A DNA stretch of 64,000 nucleotides from Octopus sinensis (lineage: Eukaryota), in the NCBI RefSeq assembly GCF_006345805.1, contig NC_043001.1, positions 24,862,001-24,926,000 of the forward strand, given 5' to 3'. Positions 1 through 13,125 of the stretch are shown here, piece after piece (the first letter of the stretch is position 1; each line of letters begins with the position of its first letter). The translations under genes were made by a program, and so were the position numbers. The notes below the pieces were generated by a model. The model made no database searches and had not been told where the DNA came from. It was given only the letters and a program-made list of their open reading frames with translations.

Positions 1-478
1 TACCCTCTTTCACAAGCTCTATCCACATTAATTGAACAGCACTTCTTTAAATTGCTCTCCACCTATGCAGTACATGTCCATACCAGCACAATCTTCTCTC
101 TTGGGCACAACATCTGATTCCTCTTATACCCAGTTTTCCTCTCAGTACATTTGTTATATGGTGTTCATGCACACCTATATTGCATGCACATCCAATGGAG
201 CATGCTTACTTCATTTCATTCCAGTCTTCTCAAGACTCCTGCATTCAAGGCCCATGTATCACTACCATACAACATTGCAGTTCTAACACCAGCCTTGTAT
301 AATCTGTCCTTCACTGTAAGAGTAAAGACCTTTGTTGCCAGAAATAGTTTCCCCCTGAATTTTCTCCAGTCCCTTCTTACTCTGGCTACAATAGTTTCAG
401 TACCACCATCTCCCCTGCTAATTACATCTCCTTGATCACAAAAGCTAATAACTACTTTCAGTGAACCATCCAGACATT
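1..478 (-). mobile_element. RTE-clade LINE fragment, C-terminal part of the ORF (disrupted)
   Basis: Minus-strand translation reads ...VISFCDQGDVISRGDGGTETIVARVRRDWRKFR..LATKVFTLTVKDRLYKAGVRTAMLYGSDTWALNAGVLRRLE*NEVSMLHWMC..., matching the RTE post-RT motifs (YLGD, W.KFR, LY...VR.AML.GSETW, MLRWMC), with stops and frameshifts. Confidence 0.8.
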
Positions 479-516
479 TAAAAACAGCTATATTTGGTGT
501 GCTTATAGTACATATA

Positions 517-852
517 GTGAAGGTGCATGGTTCAGTGGTTAGAGTGTCGAGCTTATGATCGTGAGGTTGTGAGTTCGAATCTCAGGCCAGGCTGTGTGTT
601 GTGTTCTTGAGCAAGACACTTTATTTCACATTGCTCCAGTTCACTCAACTGTAGAAATGAGTTGCGATGTCACAGGTGCCAAGCTGTATCGGCCTTTGCC
701 TTTCCCTTGGCTAACATTGGTAGCATGGAGAGGGGAGGCCGGTATGCATGGGTGACTGCTGGTCTTCCATAAACATCCTTGCCTGGACTTCTGCCTGGGA
801 GGGTAACTTTCTAGGTGCAATCCCATGGTCAGTCATGACTGAATGGGGTCTC
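517..852 (+). mobile_element. tRNA-derived SINE, family F, full length
   Basis: tRNA-like head with A box (tggttcagtggtt) and B box (gagttcgaatc), conserved central block ttgagcaagacactttatttcac...ccagttcactca, and a near-identical copy at 30301. Possible TSD atagtacata at 505-514 and 856-865. Confidence 0.85.
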
Positions 853-1864
853 AGCATAGTACATAGGGCTCTAGTTCATCTATTACATATGAAGTTTAAG
901 TGATATATGCTCTGTTTGTGATTCCACTACACTTTTTGTGTAGCATAACATATTGAGTATATACTTGCTCCTTTTCTGCCTATTGAGCAAGGCCATTTCC
1001 CTGTATGTACCAGAGTCCTATCTTCTTTCCTACTCAATAAAACATTTGTTTTTGCCTTGTTTACCTTAACACCTCTCAATTCTATCCTCACACTAAATTC
1101 GTCACTGAAATTGTTTTTGAATATTTGTACATAGCTTGTACAGTCCTCACAAGCTGTTCATCTACATCTAATTTCCTGAAGGTCAGATAATATTTACTTC
1201 AAAACTACAGTTTTTTTTATTGTCAACCTGATAGCACACTTTTCTAAACTATGCATATACAGATGTAATGGTTGGAATATGATCTTTGAACATCTGAATA
1301 ACAAACATAATTTGATGTTTCAAATTATCTTGCTTGCTTTCAAATGACACAAAACTAAGATACTTAATATATGAAATATCGAGAGAAATTACAGCTTAAA
1401 CTTACTATCAACTTCTTACTTTCTACTTCCATGGCCTTTAGCAGAATGACGTGGTTTAAAATACTGAAATAGAATATTTGGGGTTCATAAGTAGATTTAG
1501 AACCATCATTAGTCTATTGATGTAACAATGTTTCCTGCAACATGTTTATAAAAACTTCTTGGCATGCAAACAAATATACCTTGCTTCAGACTCCCTATTT
1601 ACTCTCATATTAAATGACAAACAAACATTTTGGCCTGGTTCCAATGTCGTCATCATCCTTATTTTTATTGTTGTTCAGCTTTAGAACAGTGATTTTTCTT
1701 TAGCTAAATATGAGCATCAGCATCTCAACATCCACTGCTACCACCACCACCACCACCACCACCACTACTACTACTACTGGTGGTGGTGGTTTGGGTTTGG
1801 GATGGTGGTGGTGGTTTTAATTTGTTTGTATATTGCTTTACAAACATCAATAAACAACAAAAAT

Positions 1865-2284
1865 AATATTTTCTGACTTTAGCATAAGGTGATACATTTT
1901 GTAAAAAAGGGGATATAGTAAACTGAATTAACCCCCAGTAGTTTGCTGGTACTTAGTTTATTGAAGGTTAAGTCATCCCCAGCTGGATTTACTATAAGAT
2001 TGTAAAGGGATGTAACTAAATACCTTTAGGCATTTTTCCAATATTCTACAATCTTGTCATTCTACCATCTTTTAATAATGATAATAATAATTCTTTCTAC
2101 AATAGAAACAAAACCTGAAATTTTGTAGATCGGAGTTTAGTCAATTACATTGGCCCCCAGTATTTCACTGGTACTTATTTTATCGACCCTGAAAGGATGC
2201 AAGACAAAGTCAAACTTTGTTGCATTTGGGCTAAGGATATAAAACCAGAAGAAATGCTACAAAACAATTCTGCCAGCTTACCTT
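1865..2284 (-). mobile_element. Two degenerate head-to-tail SINE A2 copies
   Basis: Each carries the family block ccccagt..ctggtactta.tttat...aaggatgaaag..aaagtc; they are separated by an (aat)n tract. Confidence 0.65.
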
Positions 2285-3149
2285 ACAGTTACTGTTGTTG
2301 ATGATGATGCTTGGGGTGAACAGACATGTGTAACACAGCTTGGCGAAAGTATTGGGTTTAGGATTTAACTTAATCTTATGAAAGGGAAGTTGATGTTTTT
2401 GTTTTTGTCACATTTTGCCAACAAAGGACAAGGAGACATTTGAACATTCAAACAAAATAAGGGTTACCCTTAAACATTTTACATTTTTGTACGTAGTTCA
2501 TGATTTAATATGGTTTATTTCATGGGAAAATGGGAAGAGGTGTTAGCTACAAATGTGATTGCAATAAACACACTTCAAAAATCATAAAGATTTTGGAAAC
2601 AAAAACAGATAGAAAAAATTTTGACAACCAAATAATCAACAAATGAAATGAAAAATGACTGCTGATAACAATAATAGCAGAAACAACAACAGCTTTGCTT
2701 GCATTATAAGCCAGAGAGAGAGAGATATTAGACTTGGGTCAGCTGTAGGAAAATGAAAAAATTGTGTAAGAGGTATGTTACAAAAGACTGAGCTTCCTTG
2801 TCTGATTGAGGAAAGTGACATATGTCTAGATTTCAAAATATGCAGAGGGTTTTCATATGCCCTCAAAGGAGAAGTTAGAAGAAGGCCAGGTTGATGTGTG
2901 GCACAATATTTATTCTAGCAGTACACAGAATTGCATTCCTTACCTGGGGATGAAAAAAAAAACGGAGCTAATACTCCATTCTCTTTCCCATAGGCTGGTA
3001 TCTCAAATATGGGAAGTTAATTCACAAGTGTCAAAGCCAGGGTCATTTTGATGTATGTTGACCTCCTCACAGATCATTTGCCAACATAGTATGTACTAAT
3101 GGTGAGTACTGAGGTAACGCATAAACATGACCATCGATGATCTAGTGGA

Positions 3150-4141
3150 GTCACTGTAGGACTCTGGACAAAGGTAAAGTTGATTTTCGCAGGATTTGAA
3201 CACAGAAGGAAAAGAGCTAAAAGAAATGTTGCAAGCATTTTGTAATAACAATTCCCAGCTCAGAAACAAAACACACATTTTGAGAGAGGAGCTCAAATGA
3301 TTAAATCAAACCTGAACACTTGATTGCTACTTATTTTATCACTATCCAAGAGGATTTGAACTTAGAATGTAGAGGTATACAACTGAATACGAGAGGCATT
3401 TGTCTCATAATTAACTGATTCTTCCATTCCACTACCTTATCATAATAATAATAATAATAATAGTTTCCACTTTTGGTGCAAGATCAGCAAATTCAGTGTG
3501 TGGGGGGGCTAAGTTAATTACATTAATCCCAGTACTTAACTGGTACTTATCTTATAAACCCCAACAGGATGAAAAGCAAAGTCAACTTTGGAGGAAAGTG
3601 AACTCAGAATGCTAAAAAGCAAAAGAAATGCCACTAAGCATTCTGTCCGACATGCTAATGATTCCGCCAGCTTGCCACCTAACGATAATTCTTTCAAATT
3701 TTGGCAGAAGGCCAAGAATCTTTTAAGAGAAAGGGGTTTAGTCAATTACAACCCAGTAGTTGTTTGATTCTTTATTATATTGCCTCTAGAAGATTGAAAG
3801 ACAAAGTTGACTTCAATGAGGATTGAACTCAAATCATAAAGAACTAAAACAAATCCACTTAGCATTTTGTTTTGTGTGCTAATAATTCTGCCCACTCACC
3901 ACTTTAATAATAATAATAATAATAATCCATTCTACAAAAGGTACAATGCTTGAAATTCGGGGGAAGGGGACTAGTCAATTACATCAACCCCAGTGTTTCA
4001 CTGGTACTTAATTTATCAACCCCAAATGGATGAAAGGCAAAGTTGACCTCAGCAGAATTTGAATTCAGAACATAAAGACGTGCATAGTACTGCTAAGCCT
4101 TTTGCCCAGCATGCTAATGATTTTGCCAGCTCACCCACCTT
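3150..4141 (-). mobile_element. Array of about four head-to-tail SINE A2 copies (approx. 3150-3440, 3445-3681, 3684-3904, 3905-4141)
   Basis: Repeated family block and 5' head (ctgccagctcgccacctt on +), with (taa)n tracts between copies. Confidence 0.75.
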
Positions 4142-4150
4142 AATAACTAC

Positions 4151-4209
<59 letters not shown>

Positions 4210-4236
4210 TGATGATGATGATGATGATAATTATAA
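4141..4236. repeat. (AAT)n/(GAT)n microsatellite
   Basis: Seen directly. Confidence 0.95.
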
Positions 4237-4496
4237 TCCAATAATCTCTTCAGTGTTAATTGAATATAAATATTTCCACCTACAGACAATTTTCGGATAA
4301 GAGTGAAAGCATTACCTAACATCTGGCAATAACTAAATGCAAGAAGGGTGGCCTTAAAATAGATTGTAAGGTGTAACAAATGATATGATTTGATTATCAT
4401 AGTAAATACCTTTGGCATGTGATATATTAATAGATGTGGGTTAATAATTATGTTACTGAGTTCAATTTTTCATCTGCCTTAAGGTAGTAAAATTTA

Positions 4497-4920
4497 TCAT
4501 CATCATCATCATTTAACATCTGCTTTCCATGCTAGCATGGGTTGGACGATTTGACTGAGGACTGGTGAACCAGATGGCTGCATCAGACTCCAATCTGGTC
4601 TGGCAGAGTTTCTACAGCTGGATGCCCTTCCTAACACCAATCACTTCAAGAGTGTAGTGGGTGCTTTTTATGTGCCACCTGCACAGGAGCCAGTCCAGTG
4701 CCACTGGCAACGACCTCACTCAAATGTTTTTTGTTTCGTGCCACCAGCACAAGTTCTGGTAAGGCAATGCAGGTAATGATCATGCTCGAATGGTGTTTTT
4801 AACATGCCACCAGCACAGAGGCCAGCTTGTTGCTCTGGCAACGATCCCTTCCATATGGTACTCTTAGCGCTCCACTAGCACGGATGCTAGTCATCGAATT
4901 TGATTTCGATTTCGATTTCA
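4497..4920 (-). mobile_element. RTE-type 3'-end element (label C) with (ATG)n tail and internal gtgccacc.gcac repeats
   Basis: catcatcat-tttaacatctgctttccatgctagcatgggttgg...ggatgcccttcctaac; the reverse of the ggttggcgttaggaagggcatcc motif typical of RTE 3' ends. Several other copies are in the window. Confidence 0.75.
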
Positions 4921-5063
4921 CTAATGTTATATCTCAGTATTAAGCAAATTTTTTGATTAGGAAAATATTTACTTATCTGAATTTGTTTATGTTTTTTGTA
5001 TTGTTTCTTCCAGTGAATCTTAATTTTTTGCTTATGTTTTTGTTGTGCCATCAGCGAACAGCT

Positions 5064-5235
5064 AGGTGTAGGAGTGGCTGTGTGGTAAGTAGCTTGCTTA
5101 CCAACCACATGGTTCTGGGTTCAATCCCACTGTGTAGCACCTTGGGCAAGTGTCTTCTTCTATAGCCTCAGGCCGACCAAAGTCTTGTGAGTGGATTTGG
5201 TAGACAGAAACTGAAAGAAGCCCATTGTATATATG

Positions 5236-5280
<45 letters not shown>

Positions 5281-5500
5281 GTATGTGTGTGTGCATATGT
5301 TTGTGTGTCTGTGTTTGTCCCCCCAACATCGCTTGACAACCGATGCTGGTGTGTTTACGTCCCTGTCACTTAGCGGTTCGGCAAGAGAGACCGATAGAAT
5401 AAGTACTAGGCTTACAAAGAATAAGTCCTGGGGTCGATTTGCTCGACTAAAGGCAGTGCTCCAGCATGGCCACAGTCAAATAACTGAAACAGATCAAAGA
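5064..5500 (+). mobile_element. tRNA-derived SINE, family B, full length, with internal (TA)n/(TG)n
   Basis: Head ggagtggctgtgtggtaag...gggttcaatccc, CORE-like ccttgggcaagtgtctt block and tail gtgctccagcatggccacagtcaaataactgaaac; near-identical to the copy at 26684. Confidence 0.9.
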
Positions 5501-6564
5501 GGAAAAAAATTAGCAGTGAATGCTGGAGGGGAGAAAATTAATTGGTATAGTTGATCAATTCATAAAAAAAAATACATTTGGTAATGGTGAGATTTTATAC
5601 ATTTAGTACAGTGAAATAAATTAATCATTTTGAATTGACTGGGTCTGAGCAAATATCTTATATTGTAGCCCTGGGCCAACTAAAGCATTGTCAGAGAATT
5701 TGGTACATGGAAATGTATGTGTGTGTGTGATACATGTGTGTGTGTGTGTATGTTTGTGCCTCTTTGCCTTGATATTGTGTAATTGTTGTAAATGAATGTC
5801 ATTCCTTTCCAATATTCTGTGAAAACTTGTTTGGCCATGGAGAAATATCACCTTGCTTGGAAAGAGATAAAAGTTGGCATCAGGAAGGACATCCAGCCTC
5901 AATAAACTCCAGTCAACCCATGCAAACGAGGAAAGGTGGGTCTTAAAATGATGGTGAAAATGATGGGGGGTGTTTCTGTACAGTTCTCATTTATCTAATT
6001 CCACTCACAGCATGTTTGACAAGTCAAGGTTGTAGTGGCAAACACATGCTAGAAGCACCCTATAAATGATGCTTACATTTTATTAGCCATCTAGTGTGAC
6101 TTGTGTGTTGAATCAGTTTACTCTGTTCTCTAGATTAACTGGAGCAGAGTTGTTTAGGCTGTTCAAAACAAGCAGCATGCCATATGCTTTCTTTACAATC
6201 CACGTCAAAATACGAAAGAAGAAATAACTATGCCAGCTTAAATATGCACATTTTCAAGTGAAGTGTAAAATCCAAGCTAACACATAGAGATAACTTAGTA
6301 TGCATGCTATTTTTGCTGGTAGTTTAATGGTGTACAACATTCTTGGTTTATTTCTTTCTGTTGTGAATTTTCATCTCTTGAGTCAATGATCAACGAGAAC
6401 TTAAAGAGACTATTCATTAAGAAATTCATTCACATGTTCTAAATTTGCAGAGCTGTCTAACTTTCATGATATTTCTGAAACATAAAAATCAATGCTGATT
6501 TTCTTTCTCTACACATGCAATATTCTGATTTTCAGAAAAATATAATATTTCTAATCTGTTTTGT

Positions 6565-6795
6565 AAATATTGATTTCAAATTTTGGCACAAGGCCAACAA
6601 TTTTGGAACAGGGGATAAGTTGATTGCATTGATCCCCAGTGTCCAACTGGTACTTATTGTATTGACTTCCCACACTCCACTGAAAGGATGAAAGGCTAAG
6701 TCGACCTTGACAGAATTTGAGCTCGGATCAATGAAACAGACAAATGCTGCTTAGCATTTTGCCCAGCATGCTGACAATTTTACCTGCTCACCACC
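6565..6795 (-). mobile_element. SINE A2
   Basis: Family block gatccccagtgtccaactggtactta...aaggatgaaaggctaagtcgacc and 5' head. Confidence 0.8.
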
Positions 6796-6799
6796 TTAA

Positions 6800-7019
6800 C
6801 CTTTTCATTACCAGCCTGGCTGAAACCAGCTCTAGCTCTGAGTACAAATGTCTTGTTTTCATAAGTTCTGAATTAAAATCTTCCACCAAACCTTAGTCAC
6901 AATTTATGTTCCTAAAACTAGCTATATGATAACTAAGTTATTTTACTAAATTCTTTGTTATATTTAAAGTAATTGAAAGAAACACATAACATCTCAAAAT
7001 AAGTACAGTAATGAAAGGG
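6800..7019. mobile_element. piggyBac-like MITE (TTAA / CCCTTT-type ends), family P1
   Basis: Starts ttaa-ccttttc and ends gaaaggg; it is the reverse complement of the element at 45166-45386. Confidence 0.7.
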
Positions 7020-7034
7020 TGTTTCATAAATATT

Positions 7035-7256
7035 GATTTCAAATTTTGGTACAAGGCCAGCAATTTCAGAGGAGAGGGCAAGTCAATTACATCAACCCCA
7101 ATGTTCAACTAGTACTTATTTTAGTGCCACACTCCAAAACGATAAAAGGCAAAGTCAACCTTGGCAGAATTTGAACTCAGATCATAGAGACAAATTAACC
7201 GCTGCTAAGCATTTTGCCCAGTGTGCTTACAATTCTGCCAGCTTGCCACCTTCATC
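7035..7256 (-). mobile_element. SINE A2 with 15-bp TSD
   Basis: tgtttcataaatatt occurs at 7020-7034 and 7257-7271, flanking a family A2 body. Confidence 0.85.
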
Positions 7257-7707
7257 TGTTTCATAAATATTTACATCTCTTCTCCACATTTCTACAATTG
7301 ATTCCATGATTTCTCTTTACAGGTCAAGAGATTGACCCTGTCTACAGTTTGCTGAAATGTGCTGCCGATTTACCAAAAACTAATAGATCCTGTACCCACA
7401 CTCACTGCAGTGGTCACCATGCTCGACACAGCCAAGGGGATACTGCATGTGGTAATACCTCTAAAAACTCCAGTCCGTCTTCATCAGGTAATGTCCTATA
7501 TTATTCTTTTTCTAAAGAAAATGCATCAGCTATGCTATAAATAGAATATGAACTCTTACAATTTTCATGGTACAGAGATTTAGCCATTTCTTTTGTTCCT
7601 TTTTACATGCCATTTTTCTGTTTTTAACTATGCTTAAAATTAAATTCATGCCTTCATTATTCAACCTAACTGTAATTCATAACCAGCACAGTAATTGCTC
7701 ACCTCTC

Positions 7708-7711
<4 letters not shown>

Positions 7712-7776
<65 letters not shown>

Positions 7777-7785
7777 CATAGATGT

Positions 7786-7820
<35 letters not shown>
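7712..7820. repeat. (CT)n then (AT)n microsatellites
   Basis: Seen directly. Confidence 0.95.
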
Positions 7821-7822
<2 letters not shown>

Positions 7823-7990
7823 GGAGTTTAATACAGGTATAATTCAAATACTTTTACTTCCGACACATGTTTAGAAGATTTCACTGATATTATTCCAAAG
7901 GAATAAATGGTGTAAAACAATGTAATCTTTTTTCCGCTTTAATTGTTAACAATTTATTTATCGATTTATTTATATATATATATATATATA

Positions 7991-8119
7991 TACATAATTA
8001 CATTAAGGGTTGTTACTATAAGTAAAGTTGCATGCTGGAATGGAATGCTAAAGTCAAACTACTTTATCAAAAATTCCCTTTCTAGCATGTGGCTTTACTT
8101 ATAGTAATGTAATAATGTA
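7991..8119. mobile_element. Palindromic TA-flanked MITE (older copy)
   Basis: Inverted arms ttactataagtaaag..catgct.gaa / agcatg..gctttacttatagtaa; same family as 63065-63178. Confidence 0.65.
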
Positions 8120-11077
8120 TTTTTTTTTAAATTATATACTTAGTGTTAATTTTTTACCTTAACTGGTTTTACACAGTGGCTACTTGATAAAATCTTATAT
8201 GTAATTGATATATATATTGAGCTAGTTATCCAAAGTCAGAAAACAAGCATACACAAGAGTTGCCAATACTACCAAATGCAATAACTAGCATAAAACCAAT
8301 GGTAACGGTTTTACTAGTTATATTTATATGCCACAACCAGTAATATACTGCCAATGATATATGTGTGTGTAAGATTCCAGTTTGAAATATGTTGAAACAG
8401 TTATTGTTATATTCTGGGCTGGTCATTTTTTTCTTTTTTATTTTTGCTAAATAACCACGCACACTATATACTCATTCTTTACTTCAGAGTTATTATTGTT
8501 CTTATTTTAATGTCCTTTGTCTGAAATCTTTCGTCATACTTTCTGTGTCCTCTTCAGTGACTCTCCATGTCCTTTTGTCCTGCTTGGTCCATTATATACG
8601 CATATATGTCTGTATTCTTTAACTTAGATTAGATTCACAGATACCATTCTACTGAAACTGATACTAGACCAATAATCTAAAATGTCTCTTCTTAAAGGGT
8701 CTATATTTAAATCAAAGCAGTCCATCATAATTTTATGTAAGAACTTGCTAGTATGTTAGATTAACCTAATCCTAGCTTTAAGTTAGGTTCTAAACACCAC
8801 CTTAATAATGGAAGGTTAATTATTTTATTAAATCCCTCAATGTTGTTGATTATTTTCAGTATTAAATGAAACATTTAATTAGTGTATTTCATTGGAAATA
8901 TTGTCCCTACAGTGTTAAAGGCCATTATTCTGATATATTAATTTCAATGTTGCTTAAGTTAATTTCAATAAAAATGATGATATTAAGTCTGTGATAGCCT
9001 TGCTAATTTGCTTCTCAATTACCATGGTTTCCTAGAACCATTATAGCTTCTACTTTTTTACATTAGAAAACATCAATATTATCTCATAGGAACATATTAT
9101 TTTTCAGATTTGTACCACATGTTTTTGCAATTACTCTTCATTATTTCTTATATAATCCGAGTAATTCAATGTCTCTTAAATATATCTTTCTTGTGTGTAA
9201 ATCCTTTTACATATACATGGTATGTTATAAAGACAATCCTTTAATTTCTCCAGTGTTTCAGTCATGCGTGTCTCTCTCTTCCTTCGTTTATATCTATGCA
9301 ATGTAATAGTATTGCATTGTTTTTACACACTATTTTGATCTTATATAACCTTACATAAACATTTATTGTTTGTCTTGTTGGTTGTTCATTCACTGCGCAG
9401 AGGAATTCAGTTTTATTTTTGCCTTATGTTTAGAAAGAGGTTTCAAATAAAATATTCCACTGGAATTTATACCTTAAGGTTCAAAAATTGTCTTCACTTC
9501 AGGTATAATACTAATGACACTGTGAGGCTAATGAAACTTGTTTAGTTCTCAGTCAAGTAGTTCTCAATGTTTCATACTGATATTTTTATATTCATTTCTG
9601 TTTTGTACTTGTCTGATAACAAACAGTAGTTAATTATTATTGCCTACATAAAATTATATTGAGTTACATACGTTATTCAGATGAGTTTAACATTCTTCAG
9701 CTGCTACCAGAGGTGACTAATATTACAACTTAAATATTTTAAACCCTCATTGGAAATTTTATTCTTAAAGTATCATCTGTGTAAAGTATCATCATATGGT
9801 GACAGCTAAACCAAATACTCTTCTATTTAGTTTTCTATATCTAATCACAAATTGCTTTATACCCTGTAGTTTGGTTTTATGTAGAATATCCAAAGACGTC
9901 ATTTAAGATATTCAATCACTGCCATTATCCCAATAGTTTCTTTATTGTCGTTTTCCCAAGATGCCTCTTGGAATAACATTGATATATTTAAGATGAATAA
10001 AATGTCTTTATTGAATTAGTGAAAACAATGAAAAACGGATAGAGAGAGAGATGAAAGTGAGGAGAGGGAGAGATATCTGAAATCTATAAAAGATATAACA
10101 GTGTAGGTACTTTCTTCGGTGCACATTTCCTTTTCGCATCATTTTCTCCAATCTCTATTATCTTGCTATTACACTATCGTATCAATTGTTCTTTCAAAGT
10201 AAACAAAATGAAAAGATTTTCTTTTCAATATAAAATCTTACTATTCATAATGAACCTTTCAGAATTTTTTATTTTTATTTTCTAAACTGCTCAGGTTTAT
10301 TAAGCACAACTTAAAAAAAAAAACCTATTACAATATATCTATTTGCTTATTTTTTTTTTTTGTATAAAGACCACAGACAGGTAGATATTTCAACTGTATT
10401 TATAATATACTGCAGTTCAGGCATAAATTTCATTTTGTCTTTGTCTTTTTAAAATCACTAATATAAATTTATGTATGTCAATATATAAACCCTTTGTTTC
10501 TACTCAGCATATTATATATTCATGCTTACAGAAAATAATTGTACTTCTTGTAACTGTAGTTTTCAAATCAAAGATATCAGCAACTCACTACTAACCCGGC
10601 AATATTTTAAATTGCTTTAATTTTTGTGTTGAAATCAGGTACAATGCAGACATTATTTCTACCCGGTGGACACACATTAAAGTTCTAAGGGGTTTTTCTC
10701 TTACTTCAAAATGTTGTGCTGTTCAGGAACATAACATTTTTTTCTTTCTGCCATCAGTTTTATCCAATCATACAATGTTTTTAGCACTGTCTTTATAATA
10801 CAGCTTCTCATAACTTTAGCATGCTGAGTATTTTGTATATTCATAATGCAATGTCTTATTAACCACTGGATACATTGAAAACTGAAGTATGGTAAAGACA
10901 AATTTACCGAGTAGTACCCAACTTTCTCTAAGCCGTTAACTACAAACAAATTTGTTGGCTTGAAGCCTGTCGTTTTAGAATGTAAGTGAAAAGTTGTAAC
11001 ATTCAGGCATTTTCTAAGGAGAAAATAAAAAAAGAAAAAATGACTCCAACTAACAATCAGTTATTGTTGTTGACTGA

Positions 11078-11093
11078 GGTGTGTGTGTGTGTA

Positions 11094-11153
<60 letters not shown>
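11078..11153. repeat. (GT)n microsatellite
   Basis: Seen directly. Confidence 0.95.
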
Positions 11154-11154
<1 letters not shown>

Positions 11155-12149
11155 AAGTGGTAACTGTTAAAGAAAATATATCTTATTATATTTACATTTT
11201 TCTGAAGCAATATTTATTCAAAGTGATGAAAAAAAATGAAAAATCATGAATATAATTTTAAATATGTTAATATATAAAGAAATTTACAGATATTTACAGT
11301 TTTGAAGTTAATGGTAATTTTGATTTCATTGCACTTTTATTTATTTGATTTACTTTTTTTTTTTAAGGCCTTTATTTTCCTAATTTCTATTTGTTACCAA
11401 ATTTATGGAATTCACCTTCATTAACAATTGCAATTGTAATCCATTTTCAGTGAAAAAAAACATAATGCTTTTCTTATTGCAGGAAATTCATTCACAACCA
11501 CTTTCTCTTTTGTAATGAATTTTTCTTGTTTTTTTTTCCTTTTTAATTTCATTTATTTACCATTTTTGTTTTTTATAAAAAAAAGAAAAAGAGAAAGAAA
11601 AGGAAATAGTTTGTAGTTTGACTGATCTCACAAAAATTGTGTACATGATGTTAAGAAAAATTATAAATTTTTTTAGTCTTCTTCATTTTTTATATTCTAT
11701 TCCCATCTTATGGTTTACTTATTCCCATATTTCTGGTCTACACTTCAATCATGATGCTTTATTTATTATTGTTGGAATATTTTGTTTTTGATTTTCTTTG
11801 TTATTCATAGATATTCTTTAGATCACTCCAGAAGACATCTACTAAAAAAGAACAACAATTATCTCACAAAGACATCTCTGTTTACTGTTTCCAATAATAT
11901 TGATCAAAATATAAAACAAAATCTTTTATTTTATCTAAACATCTAAACATCAGTTTGAGATAAATAAGACAGAACTAGAAATATTTTCACAGATTCTGTT
12001 TCGAAAAAGACCTAAAACACATACATACTAGTTGGATTAAAAATGTTTTTATTACTATGACAATTAGCCTAATGTCTAATCAATGAAAGCATCAACACTG
12101 CTTTCCAAACATCTATTCAGTTTTAAATCATTTAAGTACACACAAAGAT

Positions 12150-12159
<10 letters not shown>

Positions 12160-12186
<27 letters not shown>

Positions 12187-12201
12187 AATATCCTTCATAA
12201 A

Positions 12202-12253
<52 letters not shown>

Positions 12254-12261
12254 TTCATAAA

Positions 12262-12297
<36 letters not shown>

Positions 12298-12306
12298 TTC
12301 ATAAAG
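12160..12306. repeat. Compound tandem repeat: atccttcataaagc x3 separated by (TA)n
   Basis: The 14-bp unit recurs at about 12190, 12250 and 12293. Confidence 0.9.
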
Positions 12307-13015
12307 CAAAACTCAAAGTGGTGATAAAAATATTTATGAGGATAAAAAATTACATATATTAAGATGCATCCTGTATGGGTCATGTGTGTTTAATATAACA
12401 TCCTGCAATTTTCCCTGGATCTCCAATAGATCTGCTATTATCATCAGTAAAATAATCAGGAGACAAATTTGTTTTTGTTCTTTTTATTTTAGAATTTTTT
12501 TGTCTGTTTTTTTTTCTTCAGCAACAGAGGCAAAGTAAGATACTTATAGTATTACCTCAAATGATTGCTAAACTAAGACATGTGTTCTCACAACCCTCAA
12601 TAATTTATACTGTCTAGCAGTCTAAATTAATAATAGCTATTATTTCTCAGAATTATCTTAATTGGTAGATAATAAATATGTTTGCCTATTAAATAAACAA
12701 CAGCATATTAATGAAGGTACTTTTTATATTATCTGAAAATGAAAAAACAAATACTGTATATTTTTAAAAGCTTTTTCTGCCTTTCATGAAGAAATTTATA
12801 TCATTTATTATAAAAAAATTTTTAGAATTTTCTCCTTTTTTAATTTTTTTTTTTCAATTCCAATATCTTTCTTTTGATTTTACTTGTTTCTTTTCTTTGG
12901 TTACACTTTTCACAAAACATTTTACACTCAGTACAATCCAAATATTTCTTAAAACATATATCAATTTCAAATAACAAAATAATTCTTGCCTAAAATTTAA
13001 TTGCGTGTTCTTCAG

Positions 13016-13125
13016 AATGTTTCAGGTATAACATTGCATTTTCCTTCATCTTCACGGGAACTTTATGATCTCTTCAAAATACAACTTGAAGACAAAATAG
13101 AAAAATATGTTGATGTTCTCAAGTG
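13016..13125 (+). CDS. Candidate coding exon (unverified)
   Basis: Acceptor gtgttcttcag, open frame NVSGITLHFPSSSRELYDLFKIQLEDKIEKYVDVLK(W), weak donor tg|gtatat. No family recognised. Confidence 0.2.

Noticed and set aside
517-600. SINE heads as real tRNA genes (also 5064, 18075, 21964, 38611)
   Set aside because: A and B boxes are present, but the cloverleaf is incomplete and each continues into a multi-copy SINE body.
1865-4240. CRISPR-like array (repeat blocks with variable spacers)
   Set aside because: Eukaryotic context; the units are roughly 230-bp SINE copies with tRNA heads, and there are no cas genes.
9890-10000. Minus-strand KDILFILNISMLFQEASWEN peptide resembling a vWA start
   Set aside because: Lacks the DxSxS motif, is short and bounded by stops, and has no good splice sites.
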